From positions 1 through 58,801 of the forward strand of contig CAIZVZ010000007.1 of assembly GCA_903936565.1 (NCBI GenBank): a stretch of 58,801 nt of DNA, read 5' to 3'. The notes beneath the pieces are model-generated. The model made no database searches. It was not told the DNA's origin and worked only from the letters and a program-made list of their open reading frames with translations. A program made the translations under genes and the position numbers. Of this stretch, positions 27,826 to 38,038 are shown one piece after another (positions within the stretch are counted from its first letter, which is position 1; the number at the start of each line of letters is the position of its first letter). The DNA is from an uncultured bacterium (GTDB lineage: Bacteria; Patescibacteriota; Minisyncoccia; Phycocordibacterales; CAIZLB01).

Positions 27826-28476
27826 ATGAAATTACCAGTTACTATCATTTCTGTAGTTTTGCTGATTTTGGTAACATCTTTTTATACAAATAAAGGAAAA
27901 GGCGAATATATGAAAAACGCAATTATAATACACGGCTATAACAACAAAGCAGAATATTTAGATTCTACTCGTCCATCGCCATCAAATGATCATTGGATAC
28001 CTTGGCTACAAAAGCAACTCATTTTGAAGGGTATTGAAACACAGACACCTGAGATGCCAGGATTCCATGAGCCTAATTATGAAAAATGGAAGGAGATGTT
28101 GGAGAGATTTGAGCTTAACGAAGATACGATTTTGATCGGTCATAGTTGCGGAGGGGGATTCTTGGTGCGTTGGCTAAGTGAAAACAAACAAAAGGTTGGA
28201 AAGGTTGTTTTGGTTGCACCTTGGCTTGATCCAGAAAAGAACATTGATCCAGAATTTTTTAATTTTGAAATAGATTCAGATATCGCATCAAGAACATCGC
28301 AATTATATATACTGTACTCAACTGACGATGACCCACAAATAATTCAGAGTATTAATATTCTTAAGAAGAAATTAAGCGGTGCAACTTTTAAGGAATTTAC
28401 AAACAAAGGCCATTTTGTTTTAAGTAGTCTAAAGTCAGAAAAGTTTCCTGAGCTTTTAGAATTATTATCACAATAA
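27826..28476 (+). CDS. RBBP9/YdeN family alpha/beta hydrolase
   Basis: IIHG, W.PWL, GHSCGG nucleophile elbow, LVAP, S.DDP, GHF. Confidence 0.88.
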   Translation: MKLPVTIISVVLLILVTSFYTNKGKGEYMKNAIIIHGYNNKAEYLDSTRPSPSNDHWIPWLQKQLILKGIETQTPEMPGFHEPNYEKWKEMLERFELNEDTILIGHSCGGGFLVRWLSENKQKVGKVVLVAPWLDPEKNIDPEFFNFEIDSDIASRTSQLYILYSTDDDPQIIQSINILKKKLSGATFKEFTNKGHFVLSSLKSEKFPELLELLSQ

Positions 28477-28485
28477 ACCAACTAC

Positions 28486-29061
28486 ATGACACCTGAACAA
28501 ATAAAAGAAAGCCTAGAACACAATCATCAAATTATAATTAAGACGCTAGACGCATGTCCAAATATTGTTTTGGTTGGAACTGGTAATCCAGTTCTCAGAC
28601 AAAAGGCACAGCCGGTTTCTCTCGAGAGGGGAATTGAAACAGGTGAAGAATTAAAAAGCACTCTAAAAAAATATCGAGAAATTGCTGGATACGGTAGAGG
28701 TCTAGCTGCACCGCAAATAGGGAAGAATGAATCAGTTTTTGTAACCTATGTTGATGATAAATTCAAAACTTATATTAATCCAAAAATACTTGAAAAATCA
28801 AAAGATTTCTATCTGTATAGAGAGGGATGTCTTAGTTGTGCTTATACAACCGCCGATGTTAAGCGCCCCCGTTCAATAACTATTGAATATACAGATGAGA
28901 ATGGTTCCATTATAAAAGACGAAGTTGATGGATTTCTTGCGAGACTATTGCAGCATGAATATGACCACTTAGAGGGTGTTTTGAATATCGATGTGGCTGA
29001 AATAGGGGGATTGGGCCCAAGGTTTTCCGATCCACTGAAGGAGGAGTTGAGGGAGTGTTAA
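28486..29061 (+). CDS. def: Peptide deformylase
   Basis: G.GLAAPQIG, EGCLS, QHEYDHLEG. Confidence 0.93.
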   Translation: MTPEQIKESLEHNHQIIIKTLDACPNIVLVGTGNPVLRQKAQPVSLERGIETGEELKSTLKKYREIAGYGRGLAAPQIGKNESVFVTYVDDKFKTYINPKILEKSKDFYLYREGCLSCAYTTADVKRPRSITIEYTDENGSIIKDEVDGFLARLLQHEYDHLEGVLNIDVAEIGGLGPRFSDPLKEELREC

Positions 29062-29088
29062 TTTATTCATTAAAAATAATCACAAAGT

Positions 29089-29646
29089 ATGTCCTACTGT
29101 CAATTTGTAAAAGATAACAAAGACCCCAAGAAAGATGTTCATAAAAAATACCATGACAAACATTATGGTTTTCCTATTCATGATGACAACGAACTCTTTG
29201 GTAGACTAATCCTTGAAATCAATCAGGCTGGTCTAAGTTGGGAAACTATTCTTAAAAAGGAAGAAGGGTTTAGAAAGGCATACCATAATTTTGATATTAA
29301 AAAAGTTGCAAAGTACACTGAGAAGGATAGAGAGAGATTGATGGGGGATGCAGGTATTATTAGAAATAGACTAAAGATCAATGCAGCAATCGAGAATGCC
29401 AAAACAATTATTCAAATTCAGAAAGAATTCGGTACGTTTGAGAAATGGATAGAAAAGCATCACCCAAAGACAAAAGAAGAATGGGTCAAACTATTCAAAA
29501 AAACTTTTAAATTTACTGGCGGAGAAATTGTAAATGAATTTTTAATGAGCATTGGATATCTTGAGGGCGCACATGTAAAAGGATGTCCAGTTCATTCAAT
29601 GATTTTGAAGAAGAAACCGATGTGGGAAAGAGTAGGGCAGAGATGA
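29089..29646 (+). CDS. tag: DNA-3-methyladenine glycosylase I
   Basis: YHD..YG, LEINQAGLSW.TILKK, IIRNRLKI.A, FKFTG, H..GC. Confidence 0.93.
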   Translation: MSYCQFVKDNKDPKKDVHKKYHDKHYGFPIHDDNELFGRLILEINQAGLSWETILKKEEGFRKAYHNFDIKKVAKYTEKDRERLMGDAGIIRNRLKINAAIENAKTIIQIQKEFGTFEKWIEKHHPKTKEEWVKLFKKTFKFTGGEIVNEFLMSIGYLEGAHVKGCPVHSMILKKKPMWERVGQR

Positions 29647-29705
29647 TCATTAGTTGTGTGTAAATGTCGGGTGATTCAAAACTCCTTTCGTGATAATATT
29701 ATTAC

Positions 29706-30620
29706 ATGAAAACTACACAAAAGGGATTTGTTGTTCCATTGGTAATTGGAATCATTGCTGTGTTGGCGGTAGGTGGTGGGGCATACGTTTATAATCAAAA
29801 AAACAAAAGCACAACTTCGCCAACTGAATCATCTGGGGTGTCTACATCGACACTAGAATCAATCCCGTCTTCGACACCAGCACCAGTATCCGCCTCTGAA
29901 AATTCAAATTATGCTCCGAAGAATGTCAGTCAGGATATTCAAAAGGTGTATACAGAAGCACAGCAGTACCAAAAAGGGTTAAATAAAGACCAATTGTTTG
30001 CCATGAGTAATAAGGCAGTTGATAGAAAGGTAGAAAATATTGATACATCAAGTTATGTCTACACCAAAGCTATGGGCTATCAGTTCAAAACTCCATGGGG
30101 TGAGGGGATAGAATCAGAAAAAACCAAAAAATCTCCAACACTAAAACAGATTGAATTTAGTAATGGTAAAAAATTATTATTGATTTGTGGCACAACTACT
30201 CCTAGATATGAATTCATACACGGAGATCCAATCAGTAACGATCCTTATCCAAAAGAGGATGTTGATCAAATGTTGAGAGTTTTGGGGAATAAGGCAGACT
30301 CTGGATTTGATTTTGTAAACTTTTATCTTTCAACCTCGGTAGATGATATAAAATATAGTAAAACATTAGATGAGGCCCTGGGTATTTCAAAACTTCTGAC
30401 TCTAAAATCGACACAAAAATATACAAGACCAGCTTACAGAATTAATTTAGTAAACATAAAAGGTTTCCAGTTTGGAGTGCCATCATCAAATAGTTCATTA
30501 AATATCAAGATATTTCCAAACGATGGTAGTCAGTGTGAAATGATGGCTAATGAAAGTAATAAGATAACTCAAAGCGATTTAGATGTCATCTGGTCTACTT
30601 TTTCTATTGTAACAAAATAG
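29706..30620 (+). CDS. Exported protein with prepilin-like N-terminus
   Basis: MKTTQKG/FVVPLVIGIIAVLAVGGG then Ser/Thr/Pro linker. Confidence 0.6.
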   Translation: MKTTQKGFVVPLVIGIIAVLAVGGGAYVYNQKNKSTTSPTESSGVSTSTLESIPSSTPAPVSASENSNYAPKNVSQDIQKVYTEAQQYQKGLNKDQLFAMSNKAVDRKVENIDTSSYVYTKAMGYQFKTPWGEGIESEKTKKSPTLKQIEFSNGKKLLLICGTTTPRYEFIHGDPISNDPYPKEDVDQMLRVLGNKADSGFDFVNFYLSTSVDDIKYSKTLDEALGISKLLTLKSTQKYTRPAYRINLVNIKGFQFGVPSSNSSLNIKIFPNDGSQCEMMANESNKITQSDLDVIWSTFSIVTK

Positions 30621-30710
30621 GCCAATCCTTACCCAGCTTGAAGATATAACTGGTTGCATAATGGGTGGTGAGCTTATATACTTATTATGAATAACCTAAT
30701 TTATAAAACC

Positions 30711-30989
30711 ATGAATGGAAACATCGAATTTGGCGACGAACAACAAGCTTCAAATCCTAGATTTTTATATAGCCGATTGCAAGTTTCTGCAGAAAAACCG
30801 GGAGTAGTTAACTTCTTAATAAACCATAAGATTGTCAAAAGTGAGAATGGAGCGAATGTGTTTTTGATTTCCTTGACTTTATTGTTTTTGGCGACATCCG
30901 TTTTATTTTTCATGTATGGGTCTGGTTTTTTTGATGGTAAAAAGAAGGACGGTCAATCTATTGTTGATATATACTATAATACAAGATAA
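30711..30989 (+). CDS. Small single-TM protein upstream of pilin, copy 1
   Basis: Paralog of 31680-31955 (NPRFLYS..Q.S.EKPGVVNFLINHKIVK); start aligned to the paralog. Confidence 0.75.
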   Translation: MNGNIEFGDEQQASNPRFLYSRLQVSAEKPGVVNFLINHKIVKSENGANVFLISLTLLFLATSVLFFMYGSGFFDGKKKDGQSIVDIYYNTR

Positions 30990-30991
30990 AT

Positions 30992-31573
30992 ATGAAAAAA
31001 ACGAAAAAAGGATTTACTCTAATTGAACTACTTGTTGTTATATCGATAATATCGTTATTGTCTAGCGTAGTACTTGTGGGTGTTGGAGGCACTAGAAATA
31101 AAGCAAAAGAAAAAGCATTTAGATCTGAAATCATGCAGTTCGTGAATGCGTTAGAGTTGTATCGGAACGATAATGGGGGCAAATACCCTTTTGAAGTCGA
31201 TTCTGCAGTGTCTTCATTCCCATATTTTTATTCAGGTAAGAATAATCCATTGTCAGCACCATTGGAGAATACGGATTACACGTCATCTTTTAATTTATCT
31301 AGTGCAATGTCTAAATATATGAAAACACTACCTAATCCGAGAGGTAGTGACGTCGTTAATGCTGCTTGGGTCTTCGTGGTCAATTCACCAAATACATTTA
31401 ATGCTAAATATCGATGTAAGGGAGATTCTGTTGTTCCAAAATATGTAATACATTTAGAGAGCACTTTTTGGGGCTCGGGCTTTGAAGACTGGCCTATTGC
31501 TCAATTGTCTTATACCAACTTCACCACAGTGCCATCTGATTTGCCGTCTACCCATTGTTTCTCCTTGAAATAA
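30992..31573 (+). CDS. Type IV pilin / pseudopilin, copy 1
   Basis: KKG/FTLIELLVVISII N-methylation motif; two C-terminal Cys. Confidence 0.92.
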   Translation: MKKTKKGFTLIELLVVISIISLLSSVVLVGVGGTRNKAKEKAFRSEIMQFVNALELYRNDNGGKYPFEVDSAVSSFPYFYSGKNNPLSAPLENTDYTSSFNLSSAMSKYMKTLPNPRGSDVVNAAWVFVVNSPNTFNAKYRCKGDSVVPKYVIHLESTFWGSGFEDWPIAQLSYTNFTTVPSDLPSTHCFSLK

Positions 31574-31679
31574 CTTAGTCCCCCTGTTGTTGAGTGCTTA
31601 TTTCTGAGCTTTAAAAGTTTATTATTTATGTTTCAAGGTGCTATAATAAAGAAACCTAACAAACCAACTTACAATAATC

Positions 31680-31955
31680 ATGAACAGTAATATTGAATTC
31701 AACGAAGAACAGCAAGCTCCAAACCCAAGGTTTCTATATAGTAAATTTCAAGCTTCCACAGAAAAGCCAGGGGTTGTAAATTTTTTGATTAATCACAAGA
31801 TTGTTAAGGATGAAAGGGGGGCAAATTCTATATTGATGGGAATCACCGTTTTATTTATTGTACTCTCTGTTTTTTTGTTTATGTATGGCAATGGTAGTTT
31901 TAGTGGCGTAAAACCTGACAATGTTTCTGTCGATCCATTTAATAGGTTAAATTAA
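31680..31955 (+). CDS. Small single-TM protein upstream of pilin, copy 2
   Basis: Paralog of 30711-30989. Confidence 0.75.
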   Translation: MNSNIEFNEEQQAPNPRFLYSKFQASTEKPGVVNFLINHKIVKDERGANSILMGITVLFIVLSVFLFMYGNGSFSGVKPDNVSVDPFNRLN

Positions 31956-31961
31956 ATTATT

Positions 31962-32519
31962 ATGAAAAAAACAAAAAGGGGATTTACATTAATTGAACTT
32001 CTGGTGGTTATATCGATAATATCCCTTCTCTCTAGTGTTGTGATGGCGAGCGTGAATGGCGCCAGAACTAAAGCTAAAGAAAATGCATTTAGATCGGAAA
32101 TTATGCAATTTGTGAATGCTTTAGAAATGTACAAAAACGATAAAAAGGTATACCCACTCACGAACACATCGGATGGTAATCCGTATTTCTATGGTTCATA
32201 TAATGACGATGTTACACCATCCGAAAATACGATTGGAGGAGTGGCTTTTTTGTCATCTGAAATGTCGCCTTATATCAAATCTTTTCCAAAAGCAAGAGGT
32301 CCATCGCATACACCTGGGTGGTTTTACATGGTCAATAACTCTTCTACCAATAAGGTGAGATGTACTGGAAGTGTCAGCATACCAGAGTATGTGATTGTAA
32401 TGTATCCAACATATTGGGGATCCAATTTTAAGGATTGGCCTACTTACGAAACTTCCCCTGATAATTTTACTAGTATAATATTACCATGGGCAGGATCACG
32501 CTGCTTCTCTCTTAAGTAA
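31962..32519 (+). CDS. Type IV pilin / pseudopilin, copy 2
   Basis: KRG/FTLIELLVVISII; ends RCFSLK like copy 1 (HCFSLK). Confidence 0.92.
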   Translation: MKKTKRGFTLIELLVVISIISLLSSVVMASVNGARTKAKENAFRSEIMQFVNALEMYKNDKKVYPLTNTSDGNPYFYGSYNDDVTPSENTIGGVAFLSSEMSPYIKSFPKARGPSHTPGWFYMVNNSSTNKVRCTGSVSIPEYVIVMYPTYWGSNFKDWPTYETSPDNFTSIILPWAGSRCFSLK

Positions 32520-32579
32520 TAAATTTATCCAAACTATTAATCACAGACCCGCTTGTGTGTTTTGGTGTATAATATAACT

Positions 32580-33557
32580 ATGAAAACCTCAAAAATAATT
32601 CTAATTATTATCGGCGTGATTGTGGTAATTTCCGCAATTGTCTTTGTCGTCGGTGGATATGGATTTGGTGGAAGTAAAAACGGAAACGGAGATAATGATT
32701 TGCTAAATAACGGAGTAGGAAATTCTCAGGTTAAAGCCTATGACGCAACTTACAAAATAAACGGTCAAGAAGTTAAACTTGAAAACGGTATGTCGAGTAC
32801 AAACTCCGCCACAGGTTCCGCATCAAAGATGGTCACCAAATATTTTGGAAATGATGTGAAAGGGGATTTTGATAAGGATGGAACAGAGGATACTGCATTT
32901 ATCGTAACTCAAACAACAGGCGGATCCGGTGTCTTTTATTATGTAACAACTCTTTTGAATAAAAAGACTGGGCAAGTTGGAGTCGATGCAGTTTTGTTGG
33001 GGGATAGGATTGCACCACAGTCAATGTCCGTTGGGCCAAACAATACGGTGGTAGTAAATTATGCTGACAGAAATCCCGGAGAGAGTTATGCAACTCAACC
33101 TTCTGTTGGTAAGACTATAGAATTAAAGGTAGATACAAGTATAGATCCTGTAACAGGACAGCCTGTTGCACAATTTGGAGAAGTTGTACAAAACTTTGAA
33201 GGTGAGGCGGACCCTGCAATCATGACGCTTAGTATGAAAACATGGGATTGGGTTAATACTACTTATAGTAACGACAAGGGAACATCACCTAGAGTTCCTG
33301 GAAAATTTACTTTGACTCTGAAAGCGGATAAAACTTTTTCAGCGACAACTGATTGTAACGGTGTAGGCGGGGAATATGTCGTAAAAGGAAATCAAATATC
33401 GTTCACAAAAATGATGTCCACTCTGATGTTCTGCGAAGGTTCACAAGAGGCAGACTTTTCGAATATGATTGGCGAGGTGCAGAACTTTCTGTTCACCTCC
33501 AATGGCGAGCTGGTCTTGGGTCTACAGATGGATAGTGGTTCTATGTTTTTTAAATAA
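32580..33557 (+). CDS. Membrane-anchored META-domain (HslJ-like) protein
   Basis: N-terminal TM; GDFDKDG..D, GGSGVFYY, LGDRI domain shared with 49440; C-terminal TDCN..GG.Y...STLMFC. Confidence 0.8.
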   Translation: MKTSKIILIIIGVIVVISAIVFVVGGYGFGGSKNGNGDNDLLNNGVGNSQVKAYDATYKINGQEVKLENGMSSTNSATGSASKMVTKYFGNDVKGDFDKDGTEDTAFIVTQTTGGSGVFYYVTTLLNKKTGQVGVDAVLLGDRIAPQSMSVGPNNTVVVNYADRNPGESYATQPSVGKTIELKVDTSIDPVTGQPVAQFGEVVQNFEGEADPAIMTLSMKTWDWVNTTYSNDKGTSPRVPGKFTLTLKADKTFSATTDCNGVGGEYVVKGNQISFTKMMSTLMFCEGSQEADFSNMIGEVQNFLFTSNGELVLGLQMDSGSMFFK

Positions 33558-33722
33558 AATTAGGTAAAAGAATACACACCGCCGCAATCCTTTTTTGGGT
33601 TTAGAAGGGTTTCTCAATTTTCTCATGTTTGCTTAATTTGGGTTAAAATCCGTCTAAAGTTTTTGATATTTCTTTAGAAAATCTTCATCAGAAATTTGGG
33701 GTTAATTTGTCATTATCTTTTG

Positions 33723-34121
33723 ATGCTAAAAAGATTTTTAGAATGGATAAAAGCAAAGATATATATAAATTCTCAAATAAGAACTGGTACAGTAATCAAC
33801 GAGAGGGAGGTTTATTGGTGCGCTTTGGGTGAAAATGTTGGTGATGAAGAAAATGGAAAGGGAGATATGTTCCGCAGACCTGTTTTGGTGTTTAAAAAGT
33901 TCAACAATAATATTTTTTGGGGAATACCAATGAGTACTAAAAACAAAGAAAGTTTTTACTATATTAAGGTGACACTAAGAGATATTGAACAGTCCGTCAT
34001 ACTTTCTCAACTTAGATTGTTGGGCACGAAGAGACTAGATACAAAGATAGGATATCTATCAGAACTCGATTTCTTAAAGATTCAAGATTCAATTGTAAAT
34101 ATAATAAGATTCAAACGTTAA
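33723..34121 (+). CDS. PemK/MazF family endoribonuclease toxin, copy 2 (no adjacent antitoxin ORF)
   Basis: Close paralog of 17815 (MLKRFLEWI, YWCALGENVGDEENGKGDMFRRPVL, WGIPMSTKNKE). Confidence 0.85.
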   Translation: MLKRFLEWIKAKIYINSQIRTGTVINEREVYWCALGENVGDEENGKGDMFRRPVLVFKKFNNNIFWGIPMSTKNKESFYYIKVTLRDIEQSVILSQLRLLGTKRLDTKIGYLSELDFLKIQDSIVNIIRFKR

Positions 34122-34168
34122 GTCCGAGCTCTTTTGGAGCTCGGACGTACGGGATAGCCCATTTGTAT
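34116..34168 (-). ncRNA. Candidate structured antisense RNA at toxin 3' end, copy 2
   Basis: Minus-strand GGG-CUAU-CCC and GUCCGAGCUC-CAAAA-GAGCUCGGAC; compensatory change vs copy 1. Confidence 0.55.
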
Positions 34169-34172
34169 ATAT

Positions 34173-34200
34173 AGTTTATCAAAAGTTTTTTTGCTGTCAA
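34173..34200 (-). promoter_or_regulatory. Antisense sigma70-type promoter convergent on toxin 2
   Basis: Minus strand TTGACA-16 bp-TAAACT with TGn extension, same geometry as copy 1. Confidence 0.7.
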
Positions 34201-34252
34201 GCTCCCGTTTTTGGTGTATAATTATTTTATCATCAATAAATAATATAAATAT

Positions 34253-34630
34253 ATGGAAGCATCTATAATCACAGCTCAAATTTTAGGATTAGTTTTCTTT
34301 ATGCTCGGAATATCATTAGTAGCAAATAAAAAAGTTGCCCTCTCTTTGGTTGAAGAGTCAATAAAGAGTCCTGCAATTTTATGGCTATTTGGTTTTATAT
34401 CGGTAACTATGGGGGCCATAGTTCTTGCGTTTAATTCATCATGCAATTCGGGTTTGGAAATCTTCATCACGATCATTGGTACTTTAGCTTTAATAAAGGG
34501 AGTAGCAATTCTGATATTCCCAAATGCTATAACGTCACTTTATAAAAAAGTTAAAAATGGAAATACACTTTCATGGGTGGGAGTTGTTGTTTGTGTTTTG
34601 GCGCTAGTTTTGCAGTCTTTCACTAAATAA
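34253..34630 (+). CDS. Four-TM membrane protein
   Basis: Four hydrophobic helices, LIKG...L..P. Confidence 0.7.
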   Translation: MEASIITAQILGLVFFMLGISLVANKKVALSLVEESIKSPAILWLFGFISVTMGAIVLAFNSSCNSGLEIFITIIGTLALIKGVAILIFPNAITSLYKKVKNGNTLSWVGVVVCVLALVLQSFTK

Positions 34631-34655
34631 TTTAATACTATATAACTAAAATATT

Positions 34656-35102
34656 ATGGAACCGATCAAAAAAATGGGAATAGGATTTGGTGTGATGATC
34701 CTAAGGAATGGGAAGGTTCTTTTGGGACAACGGCATGTTGATCCGATAAAAGCTAGCAGTGAAATGCACGGCGAAGGAACCTGGACAATGCCCGGGGGCA
34801 AGCTTCATTTTGGAGAAAGCTTTGAAGAGGGTGCAAAGCGAGAAATAATGGAAGAGACGGGGGTAATGGTTAACGCCAATGATTTGGAGGTAATAAGTGT
34901 TACAAACGACATTGTGCCAGAGGCGCACTTCGTAACAATTGGAATGATTCTTAAAGAGTATTCTGGGGAAGCTAGGGTTATGGAGCCTGATGAGATTACG
35001 GTCTGGGATTGGTTTCCTCTGGATCAACTACCTTCACCACTGTTTCCACCAAGTCAGAAGATTTTGAATAACTACAAGGAGGGGAAGATGTATAAGTATT
35101 AG
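34656..35102 (+). CDS. NUDIX hydrolase
   Basis: Nudix box GGKLHFGESFEEGAKREIMEETG. Confidence 0.92.
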   Translation: MEPIKKMGIGFGVMILRNGKVLLGQRHVDPIKASSEMHGEGTWTMPGGKLHFGESFEEGAKREIMEETGVMVNANDLEVISVTNDIVPEAHFVTIGMILKEYSGEARVMEPDEITVWDWFPLDQLPSPLFPPSQKILNNYKEGKMYKY

Positions 35103-35160
35103 TCCTAAAATCTAAACCACTAGCAAATTTAATGTGCTAAAATGTAAGCACGCCTTTCAT

Positions 35161-36474
35161 ATGAAAAATAATCACTACACCTTATACACTGTTCTGTTCC
35201 TGATTATTTCCTGTGCATTTGTGTCCACCGTTTACTATCAGCAAAAAACAAACGCACTTGTGATTATGGTACCCGCACAAGAGCAGGTTGCAAATGTGTT
35301 AATCTCGGATGTTGGCACATCTTCAAAACCTATTCAATCAAAAAACACCAACAGGATAACATTTATAGCTGTGGGAGATATAATGGTTCATCAAGATCAA
35401 CTTAATTCTGCTTATGACAAAAAAACTGACTCTTATGATTTTTCTGAATATTTTAAAAATATAAATTCATATCTAAAAGATGGCGATATGGTATATGCCA
35501 ACCTTGAAACATCTGTCGCTGGAAAAGAGTTAAAGTATTCTGGTTATCCAAAATTCAATGCCCCAACAGAATTGCTTGAGGAGTTGAAGAAGAATAATTT
35601 TACACACCTTTCTGTGGCGAATAATCATGCACTCGACAGAGGGTGGGTGGGTCTTTCGAATACTATAAGAAATGTAAAGGATGCGGGGATGATTCCACTC
35701 GGAGCACGTGAGGTGGGTGCCTCAACATCAATACAAAGCTCACCTCAAAAAAACACATCTATTGATACGGGTGCGGTCACGGCCGCTTCATCTTCAGTTG
35801 TAAATTATCAAATAACAGAAAAGAATGGAGTGAAGGTTGGCTTCCTTTCCTATACGTATGATACCAATGGTTTTACATTACCAAAGAACAAGAAGGGTAT
35901 GATTTCCTATATTGATAAAGAACAAATTGTTAAAGACCTTGATGATGTAAAGAAACAGGGAGTGGATGTCATTATTGTGGCATATCATTTTGGTGTGGAA
36001 TATCAAAAATTTGAGACCTCACAGCAGCGTGAGTTGGGGCAACTTGCTTGTGACAACGGCGCTAATTTTATCATAGGAACTCATCCGCATGTTTTGGAGC
36101 CAGTTAGATATTTGACTAATTCAAATGATAAAAACAGTACTTGTATGATAGCGTACTCCCTTGGTAATTTCATATCTGGAATGCCAAATCTCTATACTGA
36201 CTTGGGGGGAATTCTGAAGATTAAAATATCAAAAATGTCAGAGGCTACGGAATACGAACGCGGTAGGATCGGGATAATTAAAAAGTCTTTCATGGGAACA
36301 TGGGTCAAGAGAGGGTTAGATCAAGATGGAAGAAAGTATTTTACAGTTGTTCCAATGCAAAAAGAATTAATACCAACCGATATTGAAGTTACGACAAGCG
36401 AAGCGAAACGCCTAGATATTTACAGAAACTTCGTGCATACAAAAATTGATGTGGAGCTTACAAACGTCGAATAA
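35161..36474 (+). CDS. CapA family (PGA_cap) metallophosphoesterase-like protein
   Basis: AVGDIM, NLET, ANNH.LD.G, HFG.EY, G.HPHV, YSLGNF. Confidence 0.9.
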   Translation: MKNNHYTLYTVLFLIISCAFVSTVYYQQKTNALVIMVPAQEQVANVLISDVGTSSKPIQSKNTNRITFIAVGDIMVHQDQLNSAYDKKTDSYDFSEYFKNINSYLKDGDMVYANLETSVAGKELKYSGYPKFNAPTELLEELKKNNFTHLSVANNHALDRGWVGLSNTIRNVKDAGMIPLGAREVGASTSIQSSPQKNTSIDTGAVTAASSSVVNYQITEKNGVKVGFLSYTYDTNGFTLPKNKKGMISYIDKEQIVKDLDDVKKQGVDVIIVAYHFGVEYQKFETSQQRELGQLACDNGANFIIGTHPHVLEPVRYLTNSNDKNSTCMIAYSLGNFISGMPNLYTDLGGILKIKISKMSEATEYERGRIGIIKKSFMGTWVKRGLDQDGRKYFTVVPMQKELIPTDIEVTTSEAKRLDIYRNFVHTKIDVELTNVE

Positions 36475-36542
36475 ATTAGTGTTTAATCCACCGATTTATT
36501 CGTCAGTTCCAGTTTGACTATTGATGTAGCGTATTCAAATAA

Positions 36543-36575
36543 AAAATACACCAAGTTCTAGATTTGGTGTATTTT
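36543..36575. terminator. Bidirectional intrinsic terminator between convergent genes
   Basis: aaaatacaccaag-ttctaga-tttggtgtatttt. Confidence 0.7.
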
Positions 36576-36598
36576 GTATGTTGAATAATTTTTTATCT

Positions 36599-37297
36599 CT
36601 AGTTTCTTGGAAGTGGAGGAGGGATTCTTCTGCCTTCACCTTGTCTATTGTCACGTCTCTCGCGGTCTTCTCCCGCGGTAGATGTTCCATTTTCCCGATC
36701 TCTTCTTGGAGGCATCATTCTAGTTGATGTTCCATCTTCTCCATCTCGGCGTGGTGGCATCATGTTTGTTGATGTCTCAACTCTATTGTTGTAATTTTCC
36801 CCTAGTCTAAGTGGGGCTTTTGATGGATCCCACACTCTCGCAACTTTCGCTACAATTATTTGTGTTGTTTGATCCATGATTCCATGTACCCCTACAAAAT
36901 CACCGACAACTATTTTTGCAGCATCAGTTTGCTGAAAACCACTTGGAAGTTTTGAAAGATCAATTGTCCAAACACCTCCCCATGTCTTTACGGATAAAGT
37001 ATTATTACTTACCGCGGTCACAACTCCTCTCAAAACAGTGTCGCCATTTGATGCTACCGTTAGGACAACTTCCTTTCCTCCACGCATTAGGCGACCTTTT
37101 TTGTCGGCCCTAACTCCATCGCCCATACCTCTGTCATCATTTTGTGAATTATCACCCATCATATTACCTGGTTGATTTCTATCCACTTGTATTGGTGGAG
37201 GAATCTGCTGAGTTGAGGTGGATACAACTTCCGCACTCGCGATGCCTGAGATTGCAATCACAGCAACCAACATAATTATAATTTTGTATCTATGCAT
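36599..37297 (-). CDS. Secreted protein with small beta domain (DUF5666-like) and disordered repeat tail
   Basis: Signal peptide; G.VTAVS..TL.V...VGDFV.V.G; two 15-aa repeats TST.MMPPRRD.E.G. Confidence 0.65.
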   Translation of the reverse strand: MHRYKIIIMLVAVIAISGIASAEVVSTSTQQIPPPIQVDRNQPGNMMGDNSQNDDRGMGDGVRADKKGRLMRGGKEVVLTVASNGDTVLRGVVTAVSNNTLSVKTWGGVWTIDLSKLPSGFQQTDAAKIVVGDFVGVHGIMDQTTQIIVAKVARVWDPSKAPLRLGENYNNRVETSTNMMPPRRDGEDGTSTRMMPPRRDRENGTSTAGEDRERRDNRQGEGRRIPPPLPRN

Positions 37298-37373
37298 TTT
37301 GTTTATATAAATAACGAATAAAAGCTGAAAAACTGTATGTGACTATTATATCATTTTGTTGTAGTATAACCAC

Positions 37374-37925
37374 ATGAAAAAAGAAATTGAGGTGAAGGCA
37401 AAGGTGTCTGACTTAAATATTGTCAAAATTGAGCTTGAAAAGCTAGGTTGCGTTTTCGGGGAGCCGGTAGTTCAAGACGATACCACTTTTGTAAACTTCG
37501 ACACGGATTACGCTAATTTTATGAAGGATACTAATTTTCTCCGAATTAGAAAAACAAAAGACAAAATATTTTTTAATCTTAAACGACCACAAAGTAATGA
37601 GATGGATTGTATAGAGAGGGAGGTGGAAATAAACGACGCTGATCAAATGATCGGAGCAATAGAGCTTCTTGGATATCATAAGGCGGTGAATGTTGTTAAG
37701 ACGAGAACAAAGACAATGTATAATGGTATGGAAATTTGCTTAGATGAGGTGAAGGACCTCGGTTCTTTTATTGAAGTTGAAAAGATTGTCGATGGTGATG
37801 GGGAAGAAGTTCAGAATGAGCTCTTTATTTTTCTTGAAACATTGGGGGTCAAGAGGAAAGATAGGGTGATGAATGGATACGATACGATGGTTTATTTGAA
37901 GAATGGTTCGAATTACCCAGCTTAG
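37374..37925 (+). CDS. CYTH domain protein / class IV adenylate cyclase-like
   Basis: EIEVK, LRIR, V.K.R, LDEV..LG.FIEVE, GY. Confidence 0.9.
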   Translation: MKKEIEVKAKVSDLNIVKIELEKLGCVFGEPVVQDDTTFVNFDTDYANFMKDTNFLRIRKTKDKIFFNLKRPQSNEMDCIEREVEINDADQMIGAIELLGYHKAVNVVKTRTKTMYNGMEICLDEVKDLGSFIEVEKIVDGDGEEVQNELFIFLETLGVKRKDRVMNGYDTMVYLKNGSNYPA

Positions 37926-38038
37926 ACTGATGTATATAAATAGGTGAAGCTTATCCATTAAATTAGTATATTAGAGATATATATAGTATACTCCTCGAGT
38001 CGCATTTAATAAGATATAAATTAATTTAAAATACTAAT

